Source: Oligoflexia bacterium
GTDB lineage: Bacteria; Bdellovibrionota; UBA1018
Direction: 5' to 3'
Assembly: GCA_963758495.1 (NCBI GenBank)
Contig: CAVWVI010000003.1
Location: 416,001-480,000, forward strand
DNA length: 64,000 nt
A program made the position numbers and the translations under genes. Position 1 is the first letter of the stretch. Every line of letters begins with the position of its first letter. This document shows, one piece after another, positions 38,595 through 48,485 of the stretch. The notes under the pieces were generated by a model. The model saw only the letters and a program-made list of their open reading frames with translations, made no database searches and was not told the origin of the DNA.

Positions 38595-38829
38595 AAATCA
38601 AATCTCCTAGACGGTTCAATAAGTCATTTACTTCGTTTAAAAAATCAGGTGGAATTCTTAACTCTAGATCGCGATAAGGGTCCCCTTTTTGAAACTCAAG
38701 CGTCGAGTAGCTCGTAATACCTTCATAAGACTCCAAAATGAAATAAACAAAAGCAGAATCCTCTTTCCTGACTCGAATTTCACGCTTTATGGAAAACAAG
38801 GGCATGTGACTCATAAAAAAACACCTCAA
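38572..38829 (-). CDS. DUF4911-like small protein
   Basis: VRKEDSAFVYFILESYEGITSYSTL; true start probably a downstream ATG. Confidence 0.75.
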   Translation of the reverse strand: MRCFFMSHMPLFSIKREIRVRKEDSAFVYFILESYEGITSYSTLEFQKGDPYRDLELRIPPDFLNEVNDLLNRLGDLIYEEVKSA

Positions 38830-38891
38830 ATCATCTCAACCTGTAGGGAGGACTTGCTGAATTCCAGCAATCACCTTATTCTATAATTAAA

Positions 38892-39839
38892 GTGAATATT
38901 AAAAAAACTTCTCTCTTAAACTTAAAACTTATTTTTATCACACTTTTTCCGATTGTCTGTAGTTGTTCTACTGCAGAATTCAAGTCTAATAAACCAAACT
39001 CAAGCCATTCAACTACCGAAGACCCTCAGAAACTATTAATCGAATTAAGCAATAGAGTTCAAGCTCTAGAGAGTAAGCTTGCCAGCCTCGACGATAAAAT
39101 AAACGCGACACGTCCTCTTCCTGATTTTGCTTCAAATACTAAACAAAAAAGCTCACCTACTGAGGTCATTACGCACCCAGCCGCAGATCTTGGGACCCCC
39201 ATTATAACACCCCCACTTCCTCATGATCCTGAAATTGGATTTATTCATGATGACGCAGTCGAGTCCTACCGTAAGTCTATGATTTTATTTCAAGGTCAGA
39301 CCTACCCTGAAGCTATTCTTTCCTTCTCTGACTTTATGGAAAAATTCCCAGATCACATCCTTGCAGGCTCAGCCCAATTTTATATTGGGGAGTCTTATCT
39401 CAAACAGAAAGAATACAAGCTGGCTATCCAGGAATTTCAAAGAGTTCTCTCCTCGTATGATCGAAGCTCTCACATTGCAGACACTCTCCACGAAATTGCA
39501 TCTGCTGAAGATAGCCTCAAGCAAACCCGTGAAGCTGCCGGCCATCGTCAACTTTTAACTTCACTGTTTCCTCACTCACCTGCAGCATGGGTCACAAAAA
39601 ACCAAAACTCAGAAGTGTTCAATCAAGAAGAAGCTAAGCCAAAAGAGTTAAAACCAGAAGAGCTAAAACCAGAAGAGTCAAAACCAGAAGAACTACAACC
39701 GGAAGAAAAGGAGGAATCCCTGAATTCAAATGATCATACCGAGGGCAGCCGAGAACTGGATCACCCTCCATTTCCAGAGACTCCTCCCACGGCACCTCTA
39801 GACGGTCACTCTGAGGAACTCCCTAAGAGTCTCGAATGA
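38892..39839 (+). CDS. cpoB: CpoB/YbgF-like TPR lipoprotein
   Basis: Lipobox-like IVCSC; coiled coil; FPDHILAGSAQFYIGESY TPR; acidic tail. Confidence 0.75.
   Translation: MNIKKTSLLNLKLIFITLFPIVCSCSTAEFKSNKPNSSHSTTEDPQKLLIELSNRVQALESKLASLDDKINATRPLPDFASNTKQKSSPTEVITHPAADLGTPIITPPLPHDPEIGFIHDDAVESYRKSMILFQGQTYPEAILSFSDFMEKFPDHILAGSAQFYIGESYLKQKEYKLAIQEFQRVLSSYDRSSHIADTLHEIASAEDSLKQTREAAGHRQLLTSLFPHSPAAWVTKNQNSEVFNQEEAKPKELKPEELKPEESKPEELQPEEKEESLNSNDHTEGSRELDHPPFPETPPTAPLDGHSEELPKSLE
39636..39710 (+). repeat. Five in-frame 15-bp repeats encoding KPEEL-like pentapeptides
   Basis: aagccaaaagagtta / aaaccagaagagcta / aaaccagaagagtca / aaaccagaagaacta / caaccggaagaaaag. Confidence 0.9.
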
Positions 39840-41509
39840 AGTCCATAAAGAAATGCTTATGGAGAATGGCCTCATTAGTTCCATGGGTCGGACTCATAAC
39901 GCCAGTCATAACTGCTTCGGCACTGGCAGCAACGCCTGCCCCTAATCCAGAAAAAGAGGCTGCATTCTTAGGAAAAAACTTGAAGCCCATTGGTGATGAA
40001 GAATGGAAAACAATTGCTGCCTCCAGAATCTCTGAAAAATACACGGTTCTCAAAGGGGACACTCTTGTTGCTATTTCAAAAAAACTCTTTGGCGATGTTA
40101 AATACTGGCCAAAAATATGGGCGCTGAATAATAAAATCATTACCAATCCTCATCATATTACTCCTGGCACCGTGATTACTTTTTCAAATCAAAATGGGAA
40201 TTCACTCGACAGTGATTCCATAGAATTTCAAAAAAATGCTATCGCCCATTCTACAGAATGGAAAAATCTACCCAAACAAAAATGGGAATCCTTTGTAGTT
40301 CAATTGCCACCTGAAATCGATCCCTTAGGATTTGATAAAAGAGATAAAATCAGTATTCGGCGTCAGACAGGTTTTGAACTTCAAGTCATCCCAGCGACTC
40401 AAGAACTGAAAAAGTTGGGAGAGATCATGAGATCTCGAACTGAAGGACTTTACATCACAGTAGGCGACACCGTATATATTCGAGCAGAAGAAAATCTTCA
40501 GATAGGTCAGAGTTATGGAGTCACCGGCTCACCTACCGTCCTTAAACCCAAAAACTCTGACAGAAAAGGATATTCCTATCCTTTTTTAGGAAAAATAAAA
40601 ATTCTGGGAGTGAAAGATCATTTATTTATTGGAAATGTGATAGCAACAAAAGACCTTTTGCCTCGGGGAAGCTTCCTGATTCCTTTGCCTGAAAGAATTC
40701 CCATGTTAATTCCCATCCCTGGCCCCAGTCGATTGAAAGGCGTCATGATGATTGACGAACACGCGTCTACTCATACGTCAGCCCAATATAAAGAGGTTTT
40801 TATTGACCGCGGCACTGAAGATGGAATTAAGCAAGGCATGGTTTTTAGGGCTTATAAATACAAAGACACCGTCATTGATAAAGTAATCACTCAAACCAAT
40901 TTTATCGTTGAAGCAGATATTATGGTGACTCAACTGTCTGAAAAATTCTCTGCGGGAATCATCATCAGCAGTAACAACACCATTGAAGATAACTCTCCAG
41001 TGATTCTCATCACCCATCTCGAAAGCTTAAAAAGAAATGACGCATACACAGATAACGAAGATCACGAAGAAACTTACGACAGCCTTGATAAGCTAGATTC
41101 CCCCGATGATCCCTTAGGGCAAAAAGATAAAAAGGAAATTAAACAACTTGAGCAGTGGAAAAAGAACCCTGCTCCAGTAGCGTCACCAGCACCTGCTCCA
41201 GTTGAAAATAAAACCACCAAACCAGAACTCACTCCACCTAAAGACGCTACAGAAGTAAAAAACAAAGCTGAAGAATCACCGCCTCCACCTGAGAACCCAA
41301 CTACGGAAGAAGAAACACCACCACCTCCTCCTACTGCGATAGAAGAAACACCAGCGCCACCTCCCCCTACGGTACCCCAAACCACTGCTGAACCGCAAAG
41401 CAGCGAAAACCACGGAGAGAGCCAGGAAGCTCCCACAACCACTCCTGATTTAACTCCTTCTCGTCATGAGAGCCATTCCTTCGTCATGAGAGCCATTCCT
41501 TCGTCATGA
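39836..41509 (+). CDS. LysM peptidoglycan-binding protein, TsaP-like, with Pro-rich tail
   Basis: Signal peptide; YTVLKGDTL...WPKIWALN..ITNPHHITPG; IDRGTEDGIKQG; upstream of dprA. Confidence 0.85.
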   Translation: MKSIKKCLWRMASLVPWVGLITPVITASALAATPAPNPEKEAAFLGKNLKPIGDEEWKTIAASRISEKYTVLKGDTLVAISKKLFGDVKYWPKIWALNNKIITNPHHITPGTVITFSNQNGNSLDSDSIEFQKNAIAHSTEWKNLPKQKWESFVVQLPPEIDPLGFDKRDKISIRRQTGFELQVIPATQELKKLGEIMRSRTEGLYITVGDTVYIRAEENLQIGQSYGVTGSPTVLKPKNSDRKGYSYPFLGKIKILGVKDHLFIGNVIATKDLLPRGSFLIPLPERIPMLIPIPGPSRLKGVMMIDEHASTHTSAQYKEVFIDRGTEDGIKQGMVFRAYKYKDTVIDKVITQTNFIVEADIMVTQLSEKFSAGIIISSNNTIEDNSPVILITHLESLKRNDAYTDNEDHEETYDSLDKLDSPDDPLGQKDKKEIKQLEQWKKNPAPVASPAPAPVENKTTKPELTPPKDATEVKNKAEESPPPPENPTTEEETPPPPPTAIEETPAPPPPTVPQTTAEPQSSENHGESQEAPTTTPDLTPSRHESHSFVMRAIPSS

Positions 41510-41510
41510 G
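41461..41510. repeat. Perfect 20-bp tandem repeat (2.5 copies) at the end of the LysM gene
   Basis: TCGTCATGAGAGCCATTCCT x2 plus TCGTCATGAG. Confidence 0.95.
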
Positions 41511-41534
41511 CACGTACGGCCCCATGAATCACTT

Positions 41535-41855
41535 TCACCATTGATGAAGAAGAATCGCGGAAGGCAAAATCGTCTTAATAAAAGGGTCGGTCACGGCATC
41601 CTCTTCCAATGCAATGGTCAGATCAACCTTCCGTTCGCCTATTCTATTTTGAATTTCCAGGGTTATGAGGTGCTTTTGCGCCCTAAGCAATGTTAATAAG
41701 TTTTTATCTGAAGTCAAAAGCAGAAGATCAATATCCCCACCTTTAAGATGGTCTTTTGTCCTACTACCAAAAAGATAAAGTAAAGTGGAAGAAGGATGAA
41801 TGAAGAGTGAAAAAGCTTGGATAATGCCTGATGCTTGTTGATTTGTCAGTCTCAT
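41535..41855 (-). CDS. Minimal nucleotidyltransferase (module 2)
   Basis: YLFGSRTKDHLKGGDIDLLL; RKVDL; ATGA overlap with the upstream gene. Confidence 0.9.
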   Translation of the reverse strand: MRLTNQQASGIIQAFSLFIHPSSTLLYLFGSRTKDHLKGGDIDLLLLTSDKNLLTLLRAQKHLITLEIQNRIGERKVDLTIALEEDAVTDPFIKTILPSAILLHQW

Positions 41856-42280
41856 TGAATTTGCTGTTTTAGCTGCAAAAGATGGGGAGCATAGACCCTG
41901 AGCTTTTTAAAAAACTCCGTAAGTTCTTCTTCTGTATAATCATGAGCTGAAATATTACGGAGGGATCGAATCTCCATCCAAACTTCAGCATCATCCACAA
42001 TTCCTAATTTTTCTCCTTGGTTGACAAAATCACGAAGGGAACCCTCGAAACCAGGATCATTCTTTAAAACCATCGCTCTCACATACTTGGTAAGAAAAAG
42101 ATCCGAAACTCTTGAAAATCGTGCAGAAAAACTTTCCCATACCTCCAGGGATTCTTCATCTAACGTAGAACTATCTTCGGGTAGTTTTTGAATTTTGTTA
42201 AAACTATATTCCAAATGTGCGAGAGCTTTCAGAAGTTTTCTCTTATAGCTGATTACAAGCTCGCTCTGTTTCGACATCAT
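41852..42280 (-). CDS. HEPN (HI0074/DUF86-like) putative RNase toxin (module 2)
   Basis: RX4H motif RNISAHDY; EKLGIV..WMEIR; SD GAGGGAG before ATG 42280. Confidence 0.88.
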   Translation of the reverse strand: MMSKQSELVISYKRKLLKALAHLEYSFNKIQKLPEDSSTLDEESLEVWESFSARFSRVSDLFLTKYVRAMVLKNDPGFEGSLRDFVNQGEKLGIVDDAEVWMEIRSLRNISAHDYTEEELTEFFKKLRVYAPHLLQLKQQIQ

Positions 42281-42553
42281 TTTAAAAGCTCCCTCTGAGG
42301 CATTTAAGCGAGCTACCAAAATAGCGTAGTTCAACCTCTAAAGTCCATGACTTCCGCTGGATCAATTCACACTTTAAGCACCTTCAAAAACCTGCTTTAT
42401 TATATTACAGATCCATGATTGCCCATTCAAGGTAATTGATAATTCACTGGAATGAGATCCGCATTTACAACTCAAAGTCCGAAAAGACTTCAATCCAAGT
42501 GCTCGATTCTGCAGAGATCTACAGGCATAAAACATGAACAATACCGATCACTC

Positions 42554-43495
42554 ATGTCATACCCCATCCTGCATCTGAAACGCTCTGAGTCCCACTCCTA
42601 CCCTATTCCTGACGAAGTCTGGAATATCTGTAACCCTCTTTCTGAAATCTATGTTCAAGGGTCTGAACAAGCCCTCCAACTCTTGAATCAACTCCCCGAA
42701 AGAGGACTCGCGATTGTAGGAACTCGGGAACCTCAATTAAGATCCTTAACTACACTAAAAAAATGGATTCATGAACTTTCTGATTCTCATTTAATTATCA
42801 TCTCAGGGCTTGCAAGAGGAATTGATGCCGCTGCTCACACTGCTGCCCTAGAAGCGGGTCTTCCAACCATTGCTATCTTAGGGACGGGTCTAGATATCTA
42901 CTACCCTGCTGAAAATACTTGGCTCCGTCACAAGATCCTTGCCTCTGACGGACTGGTCGTCTCGGAATTTCCTCCAGGAACACCTGGCAAAGGGTTTCAC
43001 TTTTTACAAAGAAATCGCATCATCGCAAGCTGGGCAAAAGCGACCTGGATCGTGGAAGCCAGCCAACGCTCTGGATCACTCAATACTGCCCGTTGGGCTC
43101 GAGATCAAAACCGAACCTGCTTTGCCATTCCATCATTTCCACAAGATCCAGCATTTTTAGGAAATCAGATCCTTTTGGATCGAGATCATGCCCTTCCTTT
43201 TTGGGGAATCCATAACCTAGGGGCCGTTTGGCTAGAGCTGGCGACTCAAACAAAAAATAAAAATACGTTTCAAACAGACCTCTTTGGCTCGCCTTCTAAA
43301 CAAACTCCTGACGAAGCTCTTTTAGTTCAATTTGTAACTCAACTCACGCACAACCAAGGGGGCGCTCAAATCCAGATTTTATTGGATTGGGCGATCTCTG
43401 AAGGTTGGAATCCGCAACGGTTTTTCAATAATTTACAGTCTACGATCTCTAAAAAGCTGATTTTTGATCAAAGCGGTATGCTTATAAGCCCTTAA
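42554..43495 (+). CDS. dprA: DNA processing protein DprA
   Basis: AIVGTR, ISGLARGIDAAAH, SEFPPG, RNRII, VEA..RSGSLNTA; start uncertain (42452 or 42554). Confidence 0.93.
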   Translation: MSYPILHLKRSESHSYPIPDEVWNICNPLSEIYVQGSEQALQLLNQLPERGLAIVGTREPQLRSLTTLKKWIHELSDSHLIIISGLARGIDAAAHTAALEAGLPTIAILGTGLDIYYPAENTWLRHKILASDGLVVSEFPPGTPGKGFHFLQRNRIIASWAKATWIVEASQRSGSLNTARWARDQNRTCFAIPSFPQDPAFLGNQILLDRDHALPFWGIHNLGAVWLELATQTKNKNTFQTDLFGSPSKQTPDEALLVQFVTQLTHNQGGAQIQILLDWAISEGWNPQRFFNNLQSTISKKLIFDQSGMLISP

Positions 43496-43567
43496 TATTA
43501 AAAGACTTAGTAATTTAGTCATCATATGGCCCTTGAAAAATGGAAAAACTTACGACTATTGTATGAA

Positions 43568-45889
43568 ATGGCCAAAAAAGCATTAGTCATTGTTGAGTCT
43601 CCTTCAAAAGCCAAAACTATTCAAAAATACTTAGGGCGAGACTATATTGTTAAAGCAAGTGTAGGGCACATTAAAGACCTACCGAAGAGCAAATTAGGGG
43701 TGGATACAAAAAAGGGCTTTAGCCCAGATTATCAAATTATCCCCACTAAAGTAAAAATCATTGAAGAACTCAGAAAAGCTTCCAAGCTCGTTCCTGAACT
43801 TTATTTAGCAACTGACCCGGACCGCGAAGGTGAAGCCATTGCCTGGCACATCCGAGAAGAACTGAAAGGCCGTGGAAAAAAAATCTATCGAGTTCTATTT
43901 AACGCAATTACAAAGCCTTCCGTGCTTGAGGCTATGAATAAACCTCTTGACCTCAATGTCGATAAATTTCAGGCGCAGCAAGCCAGGCGGATACTTGACC
44001 GTCTTGTGGGCTATAAAATCAGTCCTTTACTCTGGGATAAGGTAAAAAGAGGAATTTCTGCAGGTCGAGTTCAATCTGTTGCACTGAGACTGATTGTGGA
44101 TCGAGAAGTAGAGATTAAAGCGTTTAAGCCTGAAGAGTACTGGGAAATTCACGGTATCTTTTCTAAAGATGGAGTTGATTTTAAAGCTCGATTTTTTAAA
44201 ATGGATGGCAAAGATCCTGTATTACCCAATCGTGAAGCAGTAGACACTATTCTCAAGAACTTAAAAAATGCTCACTGGAAAATCGATTCAATAGAACAAA
44301 AAGAACGATCCAGGAAACCAGCACCTCCGTTCATTACCAGTCGCCTCCAACAGGACGCCGCCCGTAAATTAGGATTTAGCGCAAAAAAGACGATGACTCT
44401 TGCTCAACACCTGTACGAAGGGGTGGACTTAGGAGAGCTGGGCACTCATGGATTGATTACCTATATGCGTACTGATTCAGTAAGAATCGAACCTGCAGCG
44501 CTTCAATCGGTTCGAGAGTATATTGAAAACCAATATGGAAAACCTTATCTACCTTCTGAGCCGAATCTCTACAAATCTAAAAAAAGCGCACAAGATGCAC
44601 ACGAAGCGATTAGGCCAACTTCAACTGAATTCAGTCCAGACAAAGTTCAATCCTCTTTAGATAAAGATGAATATCGCCTTTATCTTTTAATTTGGAATCG
44701 CTTTGTCGCTTCTCAAATGACTCCCTCTATTTATGATCAGACCACCGTTGACGTTGTCACTCAAGATTCATTAGGACATAGACAACTCTTTCGCGCCACC
44801 GGCTCCGTTCTCAAATTTGCAGGGTTTACTGCAGTGTATATGGAGGGAACAGAAGAGGGAGATAAAGCCGAACAAGATTCCGAAAGTATCCTGAAGCTCC
44901 CAGCGATTCAAAAGGGAGACTCTGTAACGAACACCAGTTTAATACCCTCTCAACACTTTACCCAGGCCCCACCCCGCTACACAGATGCATCACTCATTCG
45001 AGATTTGGAAGAAAAGGGCATCGGAAGACCCTCAACCTATGCAACTATTCTCTCTAATCTTCAAGATCGGGAGTATGTAGAAAAACGTGAAGCCCGATAC
45101 TACCCGAGCGAACTGGGTACAGTCGTTACAGAACTCTTAGTGGCCTCTTTTCCAAATATTCTAAATTCTGAATTTACGGCAGATATGGAAAACCAGCTCG
45201 ATGAAATTGAAGAAGGAAAAGCGGACTGGAAAAAAACGCTTGGGAAATTTTGGAAACCCTTTGAGAAAACGCTTGAAATCGCCAAAGAGCAAATGAAAAA
45301 TGTCAAACGACAAGAAGTCCTCACGGAGGTCGAATGTGACAAATGCAAGCATATGATGGTGATTAAATGGGGTAAACTGGGCTCCTTTCTTGCGTGCTCT
45401 AACTATCCCGAATGTAAAAATACACAAGACTTTAAAAAAGATGAACAAGGCAAGATCCTTATCGTTCCGAAAGAATTTACCGACAAAAAATGCGAAAAAT
45501 GTGAATGCCGCATGGCAGTCAAAAGTGGTAAATTTGGTAAATTTCTGGCTTGTAGCGACTACCCAAACTGCAAATTCACTCAAGCCATTACTTTAGGAAT
45601 CTCGTGTCCTACTTGTACCGAAGGCGAAATAGCCCAAAAGAGATCAAAGTATGGACGATTCTTTTATAGCTGTAATCGATGGCCAAAATGTAACTTTGCG
45701 ATTTGGGACAAGCCTATTGTTCAACCTTGCCCTCAGTGCAAGTATCCAATTTTGACAGAAAAAATTACAAAACGTGCAGGACTCATGCATAAATGCTGTC
45801 AAAAAGAATGTGGATACATAGAAATCATTGATCCCAACTATGGAAAGGGAGAGCCTATTGCCACTCTGGAGACTACAGGAACAGCATAA
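43568..45889 (+). CDS. topA: DNA topoisomerase I with C-terminal zinc ribbons
   Basis: LVIVESPSKAKTI, ATDPDREGEAI, SAGRVQS, ITYMRTDS; repeated C4 motifs; start set at ATG 43568. Confidence 0.98.
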   Translation: MAKKALVIVESPSKAKTIQKYLGRDYIVKASVGHIKDLPKSKLGVDTKKGFSPDYQIIPTKVKIIEELRKASKLVPELYLATDPDREGEAIAWHIREELKGRGKKIYRVLFNAITKPSVLEAMNKPLDLNVDKFQAQQARRILDRLVGYKISPLLWDKVKRGISAGRVQSVALRLIVDREVEIKAFKPEEYWEIHGIFSKDGVDFKARFFKMDGKDPVLPNREAVDTILKNLKNAHWKIDSIEQKERSRKPAPPFITSRLQQDAARKLGFSAKKTMTLAQHLYEGVDLGELGTHGLITYMRTDSVRIEPAALQSVREYIENQYGKPYLPSEPNLYKSKKSAQDAHEAIRPTSTEFSPDKVQSSLDKDEYRLYLLIWNRFVASQMTPSIYDQTTVDVVTQDSLGHRQLFRATGSVLKFAGFTAVYMEGTEEGDKAEQDSESILKLPAIQKGDSVTNTSLIPSQHFTQAPPRYTDASLIRDLEEKGIGRPSTYATILSNLQDREYVEKREARYYPSELGTVVTELLVASFPNILNSEFTADMENQLDEIEEGKADWKKTLGKFWKPFEKTLEIAKEQMKNVKRQEVLTEVECDKCKHMMVIKWGKLGSFLACSNYPECKNTQDFKKDEQGKILIVPKEFTDKKCEKCECRMAVKSGKFGKFLACSDYPNCKFTQAITLGISCPTCTEGEIAQKRSKYGRFFYSCNRWPKCNFAIWDKPIVQPCPQCKYPILTEKITKRAGLMHKCCQKECGYIEIIDPNYGKGEPIATLETTGTA

Positions 45890-45893
45890 AATC

Positions 45894-45910
45894 TAAGTAG
45901 TTCCTTTAGG
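45894..45910. repeat. 17-bp intergenic element, copy 2
   Basis: TAAGTAGTTCCTTTAGG between convergent topA and ddl. Confidence 0.5.
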
Positions 45911-45912
45911 AC

Positions 45913-47064
45913 CTACTGTCCGTGAAATTCACGGACAAGACTATTTTTACGCTTATGCCTTGCAATAGCTAAATTTAAGAGTCTTGTTAGCAATTCCTGA
46001 TAGGGTATACCGGAATGCTCCCACATCTTGGGATACATACTTATAGAAGTAAATCCAGGAATCGTATTGACCTCATTAAAATAAAACCTATTGGAATTTT
46101 TATCTAAAAAAAGATCGACACGAGCCATTCCCTCACAGTCGAGTAATTCAAATGCCCGGCGCGCAATAGTTTGAGCCGCGACAACTTGTGCAACATCCAA
46201 TCGAGCTGGAATTAAAAGCTTCGCTCCATCTTCATCGATATATTTTGCATCATATGAATAAAACTCATGAGACGGTATAATTTCGCCTGGAACACTCACT
46301 AACGGCTGCATTCCTGCTTCAAAATTCTCAAGCACGGAAAGTTCAATTTCCCTTGCATTCACTGCTTTCTCGATCAGAACCTTTGAATCATAAAGAAATG
46401 CTTTTTTTAATGCAGCGTCGAGTCCTTCTGCATTTTTAACCTTACTGACTCCTACACTTGAACCTAAATTAGCAGGCTTAACAAAGACTGGATAACCCAA
46501 TTCTGTGGCAGTTCTTTTTGCTATACTTTCAAAATCTTTTTCCCATCCTGAAGATTTCACTGCAAGATAAGGCACAATAGGAAGACCTCCACCCATGACG
46601 AGCCTTTTTGCGAATTCCTTATCCATTGCCACTGCTGAAGCTAAAACTCCGCAACCGACATAAGGCACATTTGCCAATTCCAATAATCCTTGTATTGTAC
46701 CATCCTCACATAACGGGCCATGCATCACAGGAAAAACAACATCGACCCCTTGCGTTTTTTCAGATGAACCCAAGTGAATGAGCCCAGCTTCTGCACTTCC
46801 TGGATGAGGAGGCAAAACGACACATGGAGCATTTTTTAACACGGGTAGACTCTCTGAAGATTTTTCAATCAAACTTAAATCATTGAGAAGCCATCGTCCC
46901 TGTTTATCAATCGCCACAGGAATGGCCTCAAAACGACTCGAATCTAGGTGAGCAATGACTGAAGCAGCTGACCTTAAAGAGACTTCATGCTCTCCTGATC
47001 TCCCGCCATAAAGTACCATCACTCGAAGCTTTTTTTGATCTGACATAGTCATTCCACCTTCCAC
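45913..47064 (-). CDS. ddl: D-alanine--D-alanine ligase
   Basis: GGRSGEHEVS, HGPLCEDG, GSSVG, FYSYDAKY, NEVNTIPGFT. Confidence 0.97.
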   Translation of the reverse strand: MEGGMTMSDQKKLRVMVLYGGRSGEHEVSLRSAASVIAHLDSSRFEAIPVAIDKQGRWLLNDLSLIEKSSESLPVLKNAPCVVLPPHPGSAEAGLIHLGSSEKTQGVDVVFPVMHGPLCEDGTIQGLLELANVPYVGCGVLASAVAMDKEFAKRLVMGGGLPIVPYLAVKSSGWEKDFESIAKRTATELGYPVFVKPANLGSSVGVSKVKNAEGLDAALKKAFLYDSKVLIEKAVNAREIELSVLENFEAGMQPLVSVPGEIIPSHEFYSYDAKYIDEDGAKLLIPARLDVAQVVAAQTIARRAFELLDCEGMARVDLFLDKNSNRFYFNEVNTIPGFTSISMYPKMWEHSGIPYQELLTRLLNLAIARHKRKNSLVREFHGQ

Positions 47065-47165
47065 ATGGGTATTAAAATATCATATTTATTGACCTTTTGT
47101 CCTACACGATTTGCTGTTGATTTGGGGGAGCTTTAAAAGTAAGGTTCAAGAATAAGTGAGGAACT

Positions 47166-48470
47166 ATGTCTGAAATTAAAGGTACTTTAAGTTCACATCT
47201 TTGGGATTCTAGCGATTTATATCGTAACTCAGTGATGCAGCTTCAAGAGGCTGCCGAAACCATGCGATTGGACCCTAATATTGCCGAACGTCTTAAAGTG
47301 CCAAAACGAGCGCTCATAGTGAGCGTGCCCATCCGATTAGATGACGGAAGTATTCGTTGTTTTGAAGGGTATCGAGTTCAACATAACATGACTCTTGGGC
47401 CTGGAAAAGGTGGCATTCGTTTCCATCCTGATGTCAATTTATCTGAAGTTGCGGGACTCGCGATGTTAATGACCTTTAAGTGTTCACTTGTAGGTCTTCC
47501 TCTTGGCGGTGCAAAAGGAGGAATCCGAGTCGATCCTACCAAACTTTCTCGCCAAGAAGCGCAATCGCTCACTCGACGCTACACGAGTGAAATCAATATG
47601 ATTATTGGTCCAGATAAAGATATTCCAGCTCCAGATGTCGGGACTGACGCTCAACATATGGCTTGGATGATGGATACGTATTCTCAAGAAAAAGGATTTG
47701 CAATTCCAGGTGTTGTCACTGGAAAGCCAATTGAAATCGGTGGATCACTCGGGCGGGCTGAAAGCACCGGCCGTGGCGTGGTTTATACGATTCAACATGC
47801 CGCTAAACATTTGAAAGACACGGGTCAACCTGGACCGAAAATGGACGAGACCACCACAGTATCAGTCCATGGATTTGGAAAAGTAGGTGCTGTTGCTGCT
47901 CAGGAAATTCATCAACTCAACACTAAAGTGGTAGCAGTAAGTGATGTATCCGGAGGAGTTTACAGTAAAACTGGCTTAAATATTCCAGATGTCATTAAAT
48001 ATATGACAAAAAACAGAACGCTGAAAGGCTACCCTGAAGGAGACTTCATAACCAATGAAGAGCTATTGACCATCAACGTCGACGTGCTCATTCCAGCAGC
48101 TATCGATGGCGTTATCACTTCTCACAATGTTTCAAAAGTGAATGCAAAGATTATTGCAGAAGGCGCAAATGGCCCTATCACTACCGAAGCATTAAGAGAT
48201 CTTGAAAGCCGTGGCACTTTTGTTATTCCCGATGTTCTTTGTAATGCAGGTGGCGTCATTGTTTCCTATTTTGAGTGGGTACAAGGCATTCAAAACTTCT
48301 TTTGGAGTGAAAAGGAAGTGAATGAAAAATTAGCTGAAGTCATGGCTAATGCTTTCCATAAAGTCATCGATGTACAAAAGAGATACAAATGTGGAATGAA
48401 AACAGCGGCATTAATTTCAGGCGTGGATCGACTCAATCGAGCCATGCTACTACGCGGCCTTTTCCCATAA
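47166..48470 (+). CDS. gdhA: Glutamate (Glu/Leu/Phe/Val) dehydrogenase
   Basis: KGGIRF, GGAKGG, DIPAPD, VTGKP, EGANGP, NAGGVIVSYFEWVQ. Confidence 0.93.
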   Translation: MSEIKGTLSSHLWDSSDLYRNSVMQLQEAAETMRLDPNIAERLKVPKRALIVSVPIRLDDGSIRCFEGYRVQHNMTLGPGKGGIRFHPDVNLSEVAGLAMLMTFKCSLVGLPLGGAKGGIRVDPTKLSRQEAQSLTRRYTSEINMIIGPDKDIPAPDVGTDAQHMAWMMDTYSQEKGFAIPGVVTGKPIEIGGSLGRAESTGRGVVYTIQHAAKHLKDTGQPGPKMDETTTVSVHGFGKVGAVAAQEIHQLNTKVVAVSDVSGGVYSKTGLNIPDVIKYMTKNRTLKGYPEGDFITNEELLTINVDVLIPAAIDGVITSHNVSKVNAKIIAEGANGPITTEALRDLESRGTFVIPDVLCNAGGVIVSYFEWVQGIQNFFWSEKEVNEKLAEVMANAFHKVIDVQKRYKCGMKTAALISGVDRLNRAMLLRGLFP

Positions 48471-48485
48471 ATTCATGAGGAGTAA

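Noticed and set aside
41461..41510. CRISPR array
   Set aside because: Repeats are directly adjacent with no spacers, and there are no cas genes.
41461..42602. Peptide echo RHESHSF (LysM tail) versus RSESHSY (DprA N-terminus) as a target-site duplication
   Set aside because: Short and poorly matched at DNA level; cannot be distinguished from coincidence.
45913..47064. Vancomycin-resistance-type ligase
   Set aside because: The omega loop FYSYDAKY is D-Ala-D-Ala type, and there is no van gene context.
47166..48470. Inactive regulatory GDH subunit (HGFGKVG instead of QGFGNVG)
   Set aside because: The catalytic Lys and Asp motifs (KGGIRF, MTFK, GGAKGG, PAPD) are intact.
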